In this document: positions 49,108 to 61,992 of the stretch, in pieces | Layout: each line of letters begins with the position of its first letter | Numbering within the stretch: position 1 is the first letter of the stretch | Assembly: GCA_964016885.1 (NCBI GenBank) | Contig: OZ024740.1 | Coordinates: 61,566,018-61,630,000, forward strand | From: Eledone cirrhosa | Taxonomy: Eukaryota | DNA: 63,983 bases | Reading direction: 5' to 3' | Translations under genes and position numbers: made by a program | Notes under the pieces: generated by a model | What the model was told of the DNA's origin: nothing | Database searches by the model: none | Seen by the model: the letters and a program-made list of their open reading frames with translations, nothing else

Positions 49108-49295
49108 GTGGATTGGCAGTATCAGTAGAAGGTCGGACGCCATGCTTTACAGCATAGAGTTACAGCCCTTTATGATCTGAGTTCAAATCCCACCGAGGTT
49201 AACTTTGCCTTTCATCCTTACGGGGTCGATAAAATAAAGTACCAGTAATGTACTGGGATAATTGCTGGCCTTGTGCCAAAAGTAGAAACAATTAT
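49108..49295 (+). mobile_element. tRNA-derived SINE (family B)
   Basis: Full family head, body and tail. Confidence 0.85.
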
Positions 49296-49506
49296 ATATA
49301 AAATGTAGTGTGCTGGCAAACTTCAATTAATTGAGAATGTATGGGTGTAATTGTGTTTGCATATGTTCCCATCCCACTTTTTACAGTTTGGCACCTGATC
49401 CACAATACTTTAATCTGTCATAGTAACTGTATCTAAATGTGTGATTCTTTGAGTTTATATTCTGACTCCATTTTCTACTCACCTTTTATTCATCCCTCTA
49501 TTTTAG

Positions 49507-49761
49507 CCCTTTAACATTTACATAACTCTATTTTACTATTTCGTTTCTGAATTTGTTTAGCAAGATTTTTTATTATTATTTTACTATTGTTTTTTCACAG
49601 TAAAGGCTTTACCTCACATAATATCAAATCTATGAGATTTTGATATTATTTATTTTGAGAACAATACCTTAACGTCATTATGAGCAGCCGGTTATGGCCA
49701 GTTTGAACAGAAAGAGGTGAGAGAATTTTGGCCAGGCACAGCCCATTTAAATGCTAAAGGG
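49507..49761 (-). mobile_element. piggyBac-like MITE (family P1)
   Basis: TTAG-CCCTTTAACAT...ATGCTAAAGGG-TTAA; interior is the reverse complement of 41801-42022. Confidence 0.8.
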
Positions 49762-50379
49762 TTAATGTATCATAATCTGTCATTGTTGCTTTATATCTGT
49801 GCGTGGTTCATTGAGGTATTGTTTTGAGCCACCTTATTATATTAATATGTCATCGTTGCTGTATCTCTATAGTTAGTCATTCAAATTGTATCAAATTTGT
49901 ACCAAATATTGTACCTAATCTACCTTCCTGTCCAACTTGTTTCTTCTTCTTCATCTCACCTTCTTTTCACCCTCTCACACCACCCTTCTTGAAAACTTAG
50001 CACCCCAGGCAAGGCTCTGTGTACAACACTGGATGGGTGTAGTGCAGTGACTCAATAAGAAGACTACCCTTCGTACTTAGCTAGCCAACTCTCCATCAAA
50101 TCAATCTTTCAGCTTCATTTTTCCTCTTCATTTCCTCACTCTCATAAAACATTTTTTAATGTGATAAAATATTACACTCCACACTATTCATGATAAATAA
50201 ACTCTCTTCTGAACTTTTATATTGACTGAATTTTACCAATGTTGGCTGCCACTAGTTTCTAAGAATCCTAAGAAGCCATTTGGTAATTATTACTATAATA
50301 GTACACACACACACACTCTCTCTCTTTCTCTCTTACTTCACTTACATAATCATTCACCCTCAGTTGTAGGGACTAACAC

Positions 50380-50549
50380 ACTCTCTCTTTCTCTCTCTTG
50401 CACACACATACACTTAGACAAATGTACATACATTCTCTCTCTCACACACTTACACAAATGTACACACATTCTCTCTCTCTCACACACACACTTACACAAA
50501 TCTACACACATTCTCTCTCTCTCTCACACACACACAAATGTACATACAG

Positions 50550-50586
<37 letters not shown>

Positions 50587-50635
50587 AATGTACATACAGT
50601 CTCTCTCTCACACACACTTACACAAATGTACATAG

Positions 50636-50667
<32 letters not shown>

Positions 50668-50875
50668 TTACACAAATGTACATACAGTCTCTCTCTCTCA
50701 CACACACACACTTACACAAATGTACATACAGTCTCTCTCTCTCTCTCTCACACACACACACTTACACAAATGTACATACAGTCTCTCTCTCTCTCTCACA
50801 CACACACACACTTACACAAATGTACATAGTCTCTCTCTCTCTCTCTCTCACACACACACTTACACAAATGTACAT

Positions 50876-50924
<49 letters not shown>

Positions 50925-51084
50925 CTTACACAAAAGCACATACTCACATTCTCTCTCTCTCTCTCTCTCACACACACACTTACACAAATGTACATAGTCT
51001 CTCTCTCTCTCTCACACACACTTACACAAATGTACATACAGTTTCTCTCTCTCTCACACACAGTTACACAAAAGCACATACTCA

Positions 51085-51141
<57 letters not shown>

Positions 51142-51165
51142 TTACACAAAAGCACATACTCACAT

Positions 51166-51197
<32 letters not shown>

Positions 51198-51230
51198 TTA
51201 CACAAAAGCACATACTCACATTCTCTCTTA
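50380..51230. repeat. Compound micro/minisatellite: (CA)n-CTTACACAAATGTACATACAGT-(CT)n, roughly 20 units
   Basis: Constant core with variable-length dinucleotide runs; a second core variant (AAAGCACATACTCACATT) appears in the distal units. Confidence 0.9.
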
Positions 51231-51749
51231 CTCGTGTTCTCTTTTCCTCATACTTATACTCACTTTCTCACACTCTCTCTCTATCTCTCTTATTCACACA
51301 TACACACCTACACACACTCTCTCTCACATATATATACACAGACAAACTCTCTATTTTACATACACCTACTCTCTTTTCACCCCCACTCCTCCTACTCTCT
51401 ATGTTTCTCTCTTTTTAAACACAGTGTGAACACAATATTTCTGTTTCAGCAAAATATTCAAGAATAAATAAATGGATTTACATTTAAGTAAAACTGCTCA
51501 ACTGCTTTTAAACCATTTGATATCAAATCACTTGAAACCACCCTTGGTTCTACGATATTTTAAAATGTTTATATTTATCTGAAAAAACAAAACGGCTATA
51601 ATTTTATATAACTTTTGTTAAGTTATGCTCCAAACACCAGCTTAATAATGTGAAAGTTAGTTACATTATATATGTTTACATAAATATATATATAATGTTT
51701 GTATGTATGTATGTATATATATATATGTATGTATATATATTTATAATAT

Positions 51750-52360
51750 GTCAGGTCACCAGTTGGTGCTACTGGTAACATGTATCCCAGTACAACCTGT
51801 CTCATGGTCGGGTCGTTGGCGACTAAACTGGCAACCCCACCAAGGTTTCTTGGTGAGGAGGGTGACTTTGGACATCCTGCAGGACTAAAAACAAAACCTG
51901 TCAAAGGGCGAAGGAGCTCTTAAGAGTCAATGGCCATCCAAAATCACCGGGAGAGATGACCCCTTAGCCTTTGTCAAGGCAGAATTCTAGGAGAAGGAAA
52001 ACTCTGATATAACACCTGCAACCCTGATGGTATCCAATGATGTTGACTTGTTCTTCTTTTTGGTACATATCATCATGGTTAAGAGAGTGGGACTGGCTTT
52101 GTGCAGTGCCTTTGCTCACTATAAAAGCTTCACGGCACAGGCATTGCTTTATATCTGGAGATCTCTCTGCACTTGTCGTCGGGTGGTGCCATGGGCCCGG
52201 CACTGTGTGTCGGTGGTTGTCAGAAGTGTGGTGTTTGTGCCAGAGTTTTCAAGTCGCTGGCTGGACTAGGGGGTCACACTCGTTCAGCGCATCCGTAGGG
52301 GTTCTCCTACATGGATATAAAGTAGTGGCCGTACTCGAAAACGAGTTGGCAGCCAACATA
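51750..52360 (+). mobile_element. Probable RTE-type LINE 5' UTR fragment
   Basis: GC-richer segment with GGCAACCCCACC and GGAGAAGGAAAACTCTGA motifs that I associate with RTE 5' UTRs; lies just upstream of an RTE body. Confidence 0.45.
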
Positions 52361-52394
52361 TATATTTATATATGCATATATGTATATATATGTA

Positions 52395-54278
52395 TAAACA
52401 CAAAAGCCTTCCCTAGTGAGGAATGTACAAGTCAGCAGCAGCGTAGTAAGTAAGGCAATCAAAGATATGAAGATGGGGAAGGCAACCGGTCCATCGGGTA
52501 TAGCTGCCGAGATGCTGAAGGCATCTGGGTCTGTAGGTCACACTATAACCACACGTATTGTTAACCAGGTAATACTAGAAGGTGTCATACCAAAAGATTG
52601 GTGCAGTAGCATCATTGTCAACTGCTACAAAGGTAAAGGTGATGCACTCGATAGAGGAAACTATAGAGGTATAAAGCTGATGGACCAGGTCATGAAAGTA
52701 ACAGAAAGAGTTATAGCACAGTTGATTAGGGACCGGGTGAAACTAGATGAGATGCAATTTGGGTTTGTACCAGGAAGAGGCACCACTGATGCCCTCTTCC
52801 TTGTGAGGCAGTTACAGGAAAAGTACCTAGCTAAAAGTAAGCCACTCTACTTGGCATTCATCGATCTCAAGAAAGCCTTTGACAGAGTTCCACGTGCTGT
52901 AATCTGGTGGGCTCTTAGAAAACTAGGAGTAGATGAATGGCTTGTGAAAGCTGTACAAGCCATGTATAGGGGAGCAGTCAGCAAAGTTAGGATTAGCAAT
53001 GAGTATAGCGAGGAATTTAGCGTACATGTTGGTGTCCACCAGGGCTCTGTTCTTAGCCCTCTCCTGTTCATCATAGTCCTGCAGGCAATAACGGAGGAGT
53101 TTAAGACCGGATGCCCATGGGAACTCCTGTATGCTGATGACCTCGCACTTATAGCTGAATCTATGGTAGAACTAGAGAAGAAATTCCAAACTTGGAAGCA
53201 GGGACTAGAAAGAACGGGTCTCAAAGTCAACATGACAAAGACTAAGGTCCTTGTAAGTAGACGAGAAAACAGAACCCAGATCCCCTCAGGGAAATGGCCT
53301 TGCTCAGTATATAGGAAAGGTGTAGGTAGGAACTCCATTCTCTGCCCCAAATGCAAACAATGGGTACACAAGAGATATAGCGGGATCTCAGGAAGCTTAA
53401 TTAAGAATGTAGGCTTCACAGGCAGCAGCTGTACTGGGACAGCAAGCAGCAAACAGCCACAGGAAACAAGTACCGCCAATCTCTGGGAGGGCTCTGTAGA
53501 GACAGTAGACAGCTTCTGCTACCTAGGTGACCGAATTAGCAGCAGAGGTGGGTGTTCAGAAAGTTCAGCGATGTTACATGGTAGTGAGACCTGGGCGCTG
53601 TCTGTGGAAGACTTACGTAGATTAGAGAGAAACGAAGCCTGCATGCTCCGATGGATGTGTAATAGTAATATACACGAACGACAAAGCATAAATGAATTGA
53701 GAGAGAGACTGAGCATAAGAGGAATCAAATGCTGTGTGCAGGAGAGGCGGATGCGTTGGTCTGGACATGTGATGCGTATGAAGGATAACAGCTGCATAAA
53801 AAGGTGCAGAGCACTAGAAGTCGATGGAAACCACAAAGTGGGGAGACCCAAGATGACCTGGGATGAGGTGATAAAAGCCGACCTTACCCAATTACACCTC
53901 TCAAAGGCGATGACACACGACCGTGACCTCTGGCGTCGCGCAGTAATACAGAGTACCCGACCTTCCATGGGTACAAGCTGAAGCATATAGACAATATGCC
54001 CCCCCCCCCCCCACCGCAAGGTGGTCGTGGAGGTGCCACGGCAAAAAAGCACCCAGCCCACAATGTAAAGTGGATGTGTAGGTGCCACGAAAAAGCACCC
54101 AGCACTCACTGTAAATGAGGTTGGTGTTAGGAAGGGCATCCAGCTGTAGAAAGAAATCAAGCCAAATCAGTTCCTGTATGAGCAAGGCATGGTCAGCCAA
54201 CCAGACACTGCCCACAACAGGACAACCCGTCTAACCCATGCTAACGTGGAAGAACGGACGTAAAACGGTGATGATGAT
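52395..54278 (+). mobile_element. RTE-clade LINE, same subfamily as 25686-29130, with internal deletions
   Basis: 521-aa ORF 52416-53981 with RT (LLYADD), PHD remnant and C-terminus; 3' UTR and (GAT)n tail. Confidence 0.93.
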
Positions 54279-54416
54279 ATATGTATATATATGTATATAT
54301 ATATGTATATATATATGTATGTATATATATTTATATTTATGTATGTATATTTATATTTATGTATGAATATATATTTATATGTATATATGATGATGATGTA
54401 TGTACATTTGTGTGCG

Positions 54417-54462
<46 letters not shown>

Positions 54463-55582
54463 AGAAAGAAAGAAAGACAAGTGAGAATCTGAAAGTAAAA
54501 TAGAAGCAGAGTAATTGAAAATGTGGAATCAGAAGGCAATGTCCTCTTTTGTAAACTGTATTTACTAAAGCAATTAGTGGTAGGTAATATGTAAAGCAAT
54601 TAGTATATTCCTTTTGTTTTGATTTTTTTCAAATCATATTTAATTCCTTTTATCTAGTTACTCATAGTAAAGATGTAATTATTGTTGTATATAAGAACAG
54701 ACTGCAATTAGTTAGAATCTCATTTCTTTAAATGAATGAATATATCACCATCACCATCACCATTATTTAACGTACATTTTCCCTGCCAGCAGGAGTTGGA
54801 GAGGTTGTCATAAACCAAGTCAATATTTAACTGGAGCTGCTGACTTCTGAGGTGGGCTAGGGGTGGCATTTTAATTACACACATTCTCCCACTCTACATT
54901 GTGCACTGGGTACATTTTATCATGACACCAGCACTAGGGAGGTTTTCATGGATTCCACCTGATCCTTTGTTTAGTGAATTTTCTATGGCTGGATGCCCTT
55001 CCTATTGCCAACTACTTTACAGAGTGTATTGAGTGTGTTCTATTGTGTTACCAATACTAGAGAGGTTGTGATTCCCTTGACAGAACTGAAGAGTCCTTTT
55101 TGGTATGGTGTCTACAGCTGGATGCCCTTCATATCACCAACCACCTTACAGGGTGTACTGGGTGTATGTTTTGTAGTACTAGTTCTAGAGAGGTTGTCAC
55201 GAGTAGGGATTATTGTCAATAGAATAGGGGTACTGTGATGACAGCTACTAAGGCGTTATGACTGGTGTGTTAGGATTTAATGGCAGGGACATTGTCACAA
55301 GTGATGGGGGGAGGGGAGAGGCTGAATTAAGTGTAAGAATTGCAGGAGCTGGTGCAGTAAAGTGCCAGCTTCAGCACTCATCAGAAAGGAGGCTGGTCCC
55401 ACTTGGGGATCCAGCCAGAATAATTGGAGACATTTGCTTCTGACAGTACCTGCTGGAAGGAGTGTTTAAGGACTCTATCCCATGACCCTTCTAGCAATAA
55501 ATGGGTTAAGATAAAGAAAAAGAAGAGTTGTTGAAAAACGACCAAGGCATAAATGTTGATGTTCAATATTTCATCTATTATT

Positions 55583-55770
55583 GTGGATCGGCAGTATCGG
55601 TAGAGGGTCGGACGCCATGCTTTGATGCATAGAGTTATGGCCCTTGCCATTCTGAGTTCAAATCCCGCCGAGGTTAACTTTGCCTTTCATCCTTACGGGG
55701 TCGATAAAATAAAGTATCAGTAATGTACTGGGTAATTACTGGTCTTGTGCCAAAAGTACATACAATTATT
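55583..55770 (+). mobile_element. tRNA-derived SINE (family B)
   Basis: Full family sequence with CpGs retained, so probably young. Confidence 0.85.
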
Positions 55771-56117
55771 AATTATTAGTAATTCTAACATGTGTGTCAA
55801 TTCACTACATAATATCCAATCAAGGCCTATGAAATCTGCTTTTTTAGATAACAGATACTGCCAGGGAATATGTTAGTGCATCTCTTTGGAGATGTAACTA
55901 TAATTATTATATGTGTTGTCAGGAAAATAGATATATGTTTGTGAATGAGTACTTATTGGTATCTGTTGAAATTGACCAATTAGTGTTTAAGGTTTGGTAC
56001 TTAAAGAAATGTATGTAATTATTTATGTTCTATATTTTTGTCTGTTCTTTATCCAGTAAATCATTATTTTTATGTTTGTAGTAAGAGTTTTGCAAAATAT
56101 AACAAATTTACAGTTAC

Positions 56118-59100
56118 TAAGATATATTTCTTTATTAGCCACAAGGGTGCACAAGTAAAAGGGGACAAAACAAAGACACATGCCGGGGATTTTACATACA
56201 ATTGTGTAAAAATATGAAACAAACAAATATAACAATCGAAATCCCCAATAGGAGGGAGGCGCCGCAAATGGGTTGTTTAATATCCCATAGATAGAACAAC
56301 CCTCAACTTCAGGAGCGGGTTGTGCAAGTGTTCCTTTCTTCCTTTTGCTCTCTTCTTCAACCTACAGATTTATATACAGAGAAGGCTCAATCACTCGGGC
56401 CATTTTTGCCACATTCACCCATCTTTCAGTAAATTTACTGGGGTGCAGTGCCTCTCTCTCCACTCTGATTCTCCTTCTAAAGTGGTACCTAAAGAAGGGA
56501 ATGAGTTGTCTGGAGAGAAAGGCATCTTTCCTCAGTCCTCTCAATCTCGTCCACCATATAACCTCTTTCACCATAGCCACTGTACAGAGGAAAACCGCCT
56601 CTCTTTCGTTTTTGAAGGAGGTTGGTGGTTTGATCCTTACTATGGACTCGGCAGTCAACTGGATTTGTCCCATACGCGACAGCAATTGTTCTGTGTAGTT
56701 CCACAGGTCGGTTACGTCCGGGCAGTGTACAATTGCGTGCACGACAGTTTCAATGTCCTGCCTGCATCTTGGACACGTCCTCTTAGAAGGATCACTGCTG
56801 GGGCATCCATGCCTGTAGATCTTGTCACGAACTGGTAGAGCTCCTCAGTAGCACTGCCAGGCCAGGGACCTCTGGAAGTTGTCCATAGGTCCCAGTTCCA
56901 ATGGGATGCCCTGCAGCAGCTCCAACTTCCACAGTAGTGGCTCTAGAGTTAGTACATACAGAATGGAGGAGAAGGCATCCCTGTTGGATGGAATGCGTGA
57001 TTGCGAACAGCTCTGATAAGTAGCCGTTCACCTTAACCATCGAGCAGATGTTGGTGTGCATTGCTGCGATCCAGCCCCTGAAGACGGGTCCGAAACCGGC
57101 CGCCTTGAGAACTGCTTCCAAGTATCGATGGTCAACCCTATCGAACGCCTTAGATTGATCTAAATTGATCAGAGCCCCACCGAAGCCAGGTTTACACCCC
57201 ACCCTTTCTATGATATATTGCATGAGGTGGAGGTTGTCGTGTATGGACCTGGTCGGGATTGGACACGTTTGCGCTTACCAGGTTCTCGACAACAAGTGCC
57301 AACCTCGTTGCCAACACCTTGGCCAAAATCTTTAACTCTGTGTTGAGCAGTTATGGGTCTAAAATTGTTTAGTTCGTTCCCCTTGTTCTCGTCTTTCCTG
57401 ATCAGCGTTACTACGCCTCTGCCTGCAGAACTGGGAATTCTCCCGTTCTGCTGCCAGTTGCAGTAGACGGCCTCGAGGACGCCAGAGAACAAGTCCGGCA
57501 TGCCTTTGTAAAACTTATAGGGCAGACCATCTAGACCGGGTGATTTGCATTTCCTGCAGCGGCCCAGAGCATCCCGTATCTCAGTGGCTGTGGTCGGTCT
57601 TTCGCAGAACTCGGTGTCCATGCTCGAGAGACACAGCAGGCCGTCGAGGTATGAACCGAAGTCCATTGCCTTGTTCGATGCACCACCACTCTGCTTGAAC
57701 AGTTGCGCAAAGTGCCACTGAAAGGCCGCACACATCCGCTTGGTCCATTTTGGTCTTTCAAAGACCGAATCGTGGACTTGTTGCCACTTTTTGCCTCTGC
57801 CACTCGGGCCCAGCTAACAGATTTCGTTCCATATTTCCTAGAGCACGTGATTTACTTCTGACCACGCAGCCTTCGTGTTTCGTGTCAAAGAACTGGTCCA
57901 GTGCCATTCTCGTTGCTAGCACTAGCTACGTTGCGACTAGTTGGCTACTAGTTCCATTTCGGTTTGTTTTTCTCTAAGGCTAACTCTCTGCTAAAGTCTA
58001 TCGATTCTACTCTAATTGCTTTCTTGAGGGAGTACCACTATCTATTGTTGACGATGGCTCCCATCAATTGTTGCTTAACTAATCTACTTATCTGTTCACT
58101 GTAGGCTTTACGTGTCGGTAGCGACACGTTCAGCTTCCAGTATCCGGGTCCTTGTCTATGTATTCTATCATGGTTGACTATGCAGATGACTAGTTTGTGG
58201 TCTGAATAGGCAACCATGTGGATTTGTGGACAGCTTAACATCTTCTTGTCTCTCTCTCTCTAATAAAGAACCTATCTAAATACAATTTAGATGTCTCGCT
58301 GTGGTTTGTCACCGTCCACTGTGGTGCAGTCAGGAAATCTAGTCGATACCTATCGGCCAGTTGGAATTGGCTGATTAAATTTTTGAGACTGTTGCACCCC
58401 CCCCTCCTCTACTGGGACATGATCCTACATAGTCCCATCGTGCGTCTAGGATACCATTCCAGTCCCCCACTAAAAGCAAGGAGCGAGACGTTCCCAGAAA
58501 AGACTCTAGACACTTAAAGAAGTCTGGCTGTGATTGTCCAGCCGGGGCATAAATGGCCACCAGTCTGAAGGCTCCACCTCCAACACTGTTTACGTCTAGG
58601 ACTACCAGTCTATCCTCCGGGTCCAAGTGTACTTGCTGTACTTCCACGTCCAGGTTTTTCCGAAACATGACAGCCCCCCCCCCTCCACCTCCTGGCTGAC
58701 AGAGATATGCGTAGATCTCAAAGTCATTGAAGATGCGGGTTAGTTGCTGCCTGTTGTGGATCCTGGACTCGGTGATGGCTATTACATCCATACCGTGTGA
58801 CCTAAGGTCGTTTAAAAGTTGGCCCTGTTTCCAGGGCATCCCTAGGCCATGCACATTCACGCTTCCAACTTGTAAATTAGCCATGTTAGTGGAGAAGAGT
58901 TGGCGAAAAAGGACGAAAAGATGCACTTACCTTTTCGTTTCCTGGAGATCGGGTTGTTCAATTTCCATTTGGGTGCTGGTGGGGGTGTTGAGTGAAGTGG
59001 GGGAAACATTTTAATAGGATATGGTTAATGGGCTTTTGACAGGGGTTGCCAACGTCCTGCGAAAATTGTTCTTTTAATTTCTAATAGGTTTCTATTGAAA

Positions 59101-60770
59101 CCCTTATCAGTTTTAGGTGTGATTGAGAGTTTTCCCCTCAGTTTCTACTTTGAGCTCTTGGGAGATGACCTCCATTAGGTTTTTGTTGTTTGTGTTAATG
59201 TATGTGTATTGTTGTTTGTTTTTTTGTTGTGTTGTTTTGGTTTGTTGTTCATTTTGTAGTTTTCTTTTTATGGTGGGCATTTGTGTTTGGGGTGGTGTTG
59301 GTGTTTGTTTTGCTGGTGGTGTTTGTGTTGGTGGTTGTGTGTTCGTGTTGGTGATTGGTGTTTTTGTGGCTTTGCGGTGTCTCTTTTTTTGTATTTTTAT
59401 TTCCGAGGCTCTCCTTCATCTTCACTTGGGGATGAAGAAGTAGCCTTGTCTGGCAATGAATCATCATCAGGGGCGTTTGGGAGGGGTATGTTGTGTGGTG
59501 ATGGTGTGTTTGTGTATGTGATTGTGGTAGTGTTGGATGGAGTGCGATGGGGTGGGACTGTGTTTTTCAGGGGAATTGTTTGCGTTTTTTCTGTTTGTGG
59601 TCGAGCAGTTGTTTGTTTTTGTGTGTTTGCTTGTTTTGAGTGTTGTTGTTGTGGTTTTGGAATTGGTGTTGGTAAAAGTACTTTTTGGGTGGTGGTGGTG
59701 TTTGTTCGTAAAAGGGGACAGGAGGCCTTTAAATGCGATGTGCTTGCGCATTTAAAACAATGTGGCCTCCCCCTTTCTGCCGAAATGTGTATATAGTTTG
59801 TATTGTCTACTGGCACTCTTTCCGCTATCTTGGAAATTCTGTCCGGTTTCATTTGGACCAAAATTTCCAAGCTTGTGCCGTTCCAGGTGTTTCTTGTGGA
59901 TTTTTGAATCGACAGTTTTGTGTCTTCATCCTCCTCCAAGAACCCTGCCAGAATCCACCAGATGTTAATGTTGGGTGGTATATTGGTAATGTTTATTTTT
60001 TGTGTTCTTTTTCCCATGTATGTAGGGAAAAAGGTGTGTGTGGCTGAGGTGACTGGGGTCACTGAGTATTTTTTCGCAAGGGCCTCACTTTTGAAGAGCA
60101 GCGAAATGCTTCCATATAGTTTAGCCCTTTGTATGAATTGTATGTCTGGCATTGCCTCTTTCAAGACAATTTCAATTTCGCCTTGAGTAAGGAAAGCCGT
60201 TTTTTGGGGGGTTTGTTCAAAATCGTGCGAAAAATCACAATCCTTTGCATAGTGTCGGCTTTGATTTGTGGTGGGGCGGTGATTTTAATTCCCCCTTTTT
60301 CCTCGAAGGTAATATTTTTTTTCCTTCATTGATCATTTCCTTCGCATTGAAAATATCAATATTTGTAAAAGTTCCTTTGCTTATTGTGGCAAAAGATTTT
60401 TTATGGTTGCTGTTGTTGTTGTTGTTGTTGTTTTTGTTGTTCTCAATTGCTTGATTTGTGGTTGTGGAGTTCATTTGTGAAGTTGTGTTTTTTTCTTGTT
60501 CAATATTTTTTTGTGCCGTTTGTGTTTCCATACTTTTGTTTTCATGGGATTTTTCTTGGTTACTACCTGTTGTCATAGTGATATTCATTTCAACGCTCCC
60601 ATTTCCACTTATAGCAGGAAACACTTCAATTTTATCATTCATAGTTATAAAAACAATTTGTTATAAATTTTCTGAAAATCAAATTTTCGTCCCTGGGGGC
60701 CGAAAATTTCATTGACCCTCTGGCAATTTAGTCGGAAGGTCAATCTATACAGTAGTATATTGTTTCCATT
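56118..60770 (-). mobile_element. Decayed Tx1/L1-clade non-LTR retrotransposon
   Basis: ORF1 pieces 60235-60642 and 59397-60164 with CFKCASTSHLKASC zinc knuckle; ORF2 APE (VGSVNVHG, IYAP, VGDWN, SDH, GPGYWKLN), RT (KSPGLDGLP, NFRPIT, LDQSKAFDRVDH), C-terminal HAIVHCP; AATAAA at 56131-56136; frameshifts and a large RT deletion. Confidence 0.88.
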
Positions 60771-60805
60771 AGACCCTTTTCAAATTTCATTATTTAGATA
60801 AATTG

Positions 60806-61180
60806 TATAGAGTTACGGCCCTTGCCATTCTGAGTTCAAATCCCGCCAAGGTTAATTTTGCCTTTCATCCTTACGGGGTCGATAACATAAAGTACCAGTA
60901 ATGCACTGGGTAATTGCTGGCCTTGTGCCAAACGTAGAAACAATTATTTAGATAATTTGAGGGTGGTGGATTGGCAGTATCGGTAGAGAATCGGACACCA
61001 TGCTTTGCAGCATAGAATTACGGCCCTTTATGATCTGAGTTCAAATCCCGCCGAGGTTAACTTTGCCTTTCATCCTTACGGGGTCGATAAAATAAAGTAC
61101 CAGTAACGTACTGGGGTTGATTTAATCAACTTTCCTCTTCCCCCAAATTACTGGCCTTGTGCCTATAGTAGAAATCATTA
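60806..61180 (+). mobile_element. Two tandem family-B SINEs (60806-60947 truncated, 60960-61180 full-length)
   Basis: Each is flanked by ATTATTTAGATAA(A/T)TTG. Confidence 0.85.
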
Positions 61181-61790
61181 TTTAGATAATTTGTAACTTT
61201 TTATAGACTATCATCTATCACTTGACATTGCCCTTTCATTGCCAAATTGCCTGAAACTACCCTTAGTTCTAGAATAGAAAACAGTTTGTTTTAAAGTGTT
61301 TATATTTATCTAAAAACCTATCATAATTTTATGTAAGAATATTATGTTTCAAATTTAACAATGAGAAAATTAGTTGTAATCCCATAAAATTCTTGATTAT
61401 TTTCAAAATTATTTGAAAATTACAGTCTTTCATTAGAAATATGGTAATGAAAGGTTTAAAACAATATTTAAAGATATTTTATGACCAGGTTGCTGGAGCC
61501 TGGTTAAGCGAGAAGTTTGTTTATGACCAATTTACTTTTTGATCGATCAAGCTAGGTCAGTGAAATAAGACTTGTTTGTTAAGTGTGGAGTTTGTTTACT
61601 GACCAATTCATTTTATGACCATGTCAGTGGAACAGAATCTGGTCAATAACTGAGGTTTGGCTGTATTGTAATCTATGTTTCTCATTTTGTTACAAAATTT
61701 CTAAGAAAATACAATGCCCATGATTTTCAAATCATTTTGAAAATATTACAAAATTTCAGGGATTTAGTAATATAACATTCTCATTATTAA

Positions 61791-61992
61791 CCCATTAGCA
61801 TTTAAACCAGCTGTATCCGGCCTGAATTCTCTCACCCCTTTCTGTTCAAACTGGCTGTAACTGGCAACTCATACTAACGTTAAAGTATTGTTCTCAAAAT
61901 AAATAATATGAAAATCTAATAGATTTGATATTATGTGAGATAATTATGTGAGAATATAATAGTAAATATAGAGTAATATAAATGCTAAAGGG
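61791..61992 (+). mobile_element. piggyBac-like MITE (P1) nested in a P2 MITE (~61690-62139)
   Basis: Perfect TTAA TSD at 61787-61790 and 61993-61996; the host element ends GGG-TTAA at 62137-62143. Confidence 0.82.

Noticed and set aside
50380-51467. Repeat-spacer-like array and 232-309 aa ORFs
   Set aside because: The apparent spacers are only variable (CT)n/(CA)n runs, and the ORFs are low-complexity artefacts.
52847-54160. Long antisense ORFs (210-213 aa) over the RTE copies
   Set aside because: Shadow frames of the sense RT coding sequence with no recognisable motifs.
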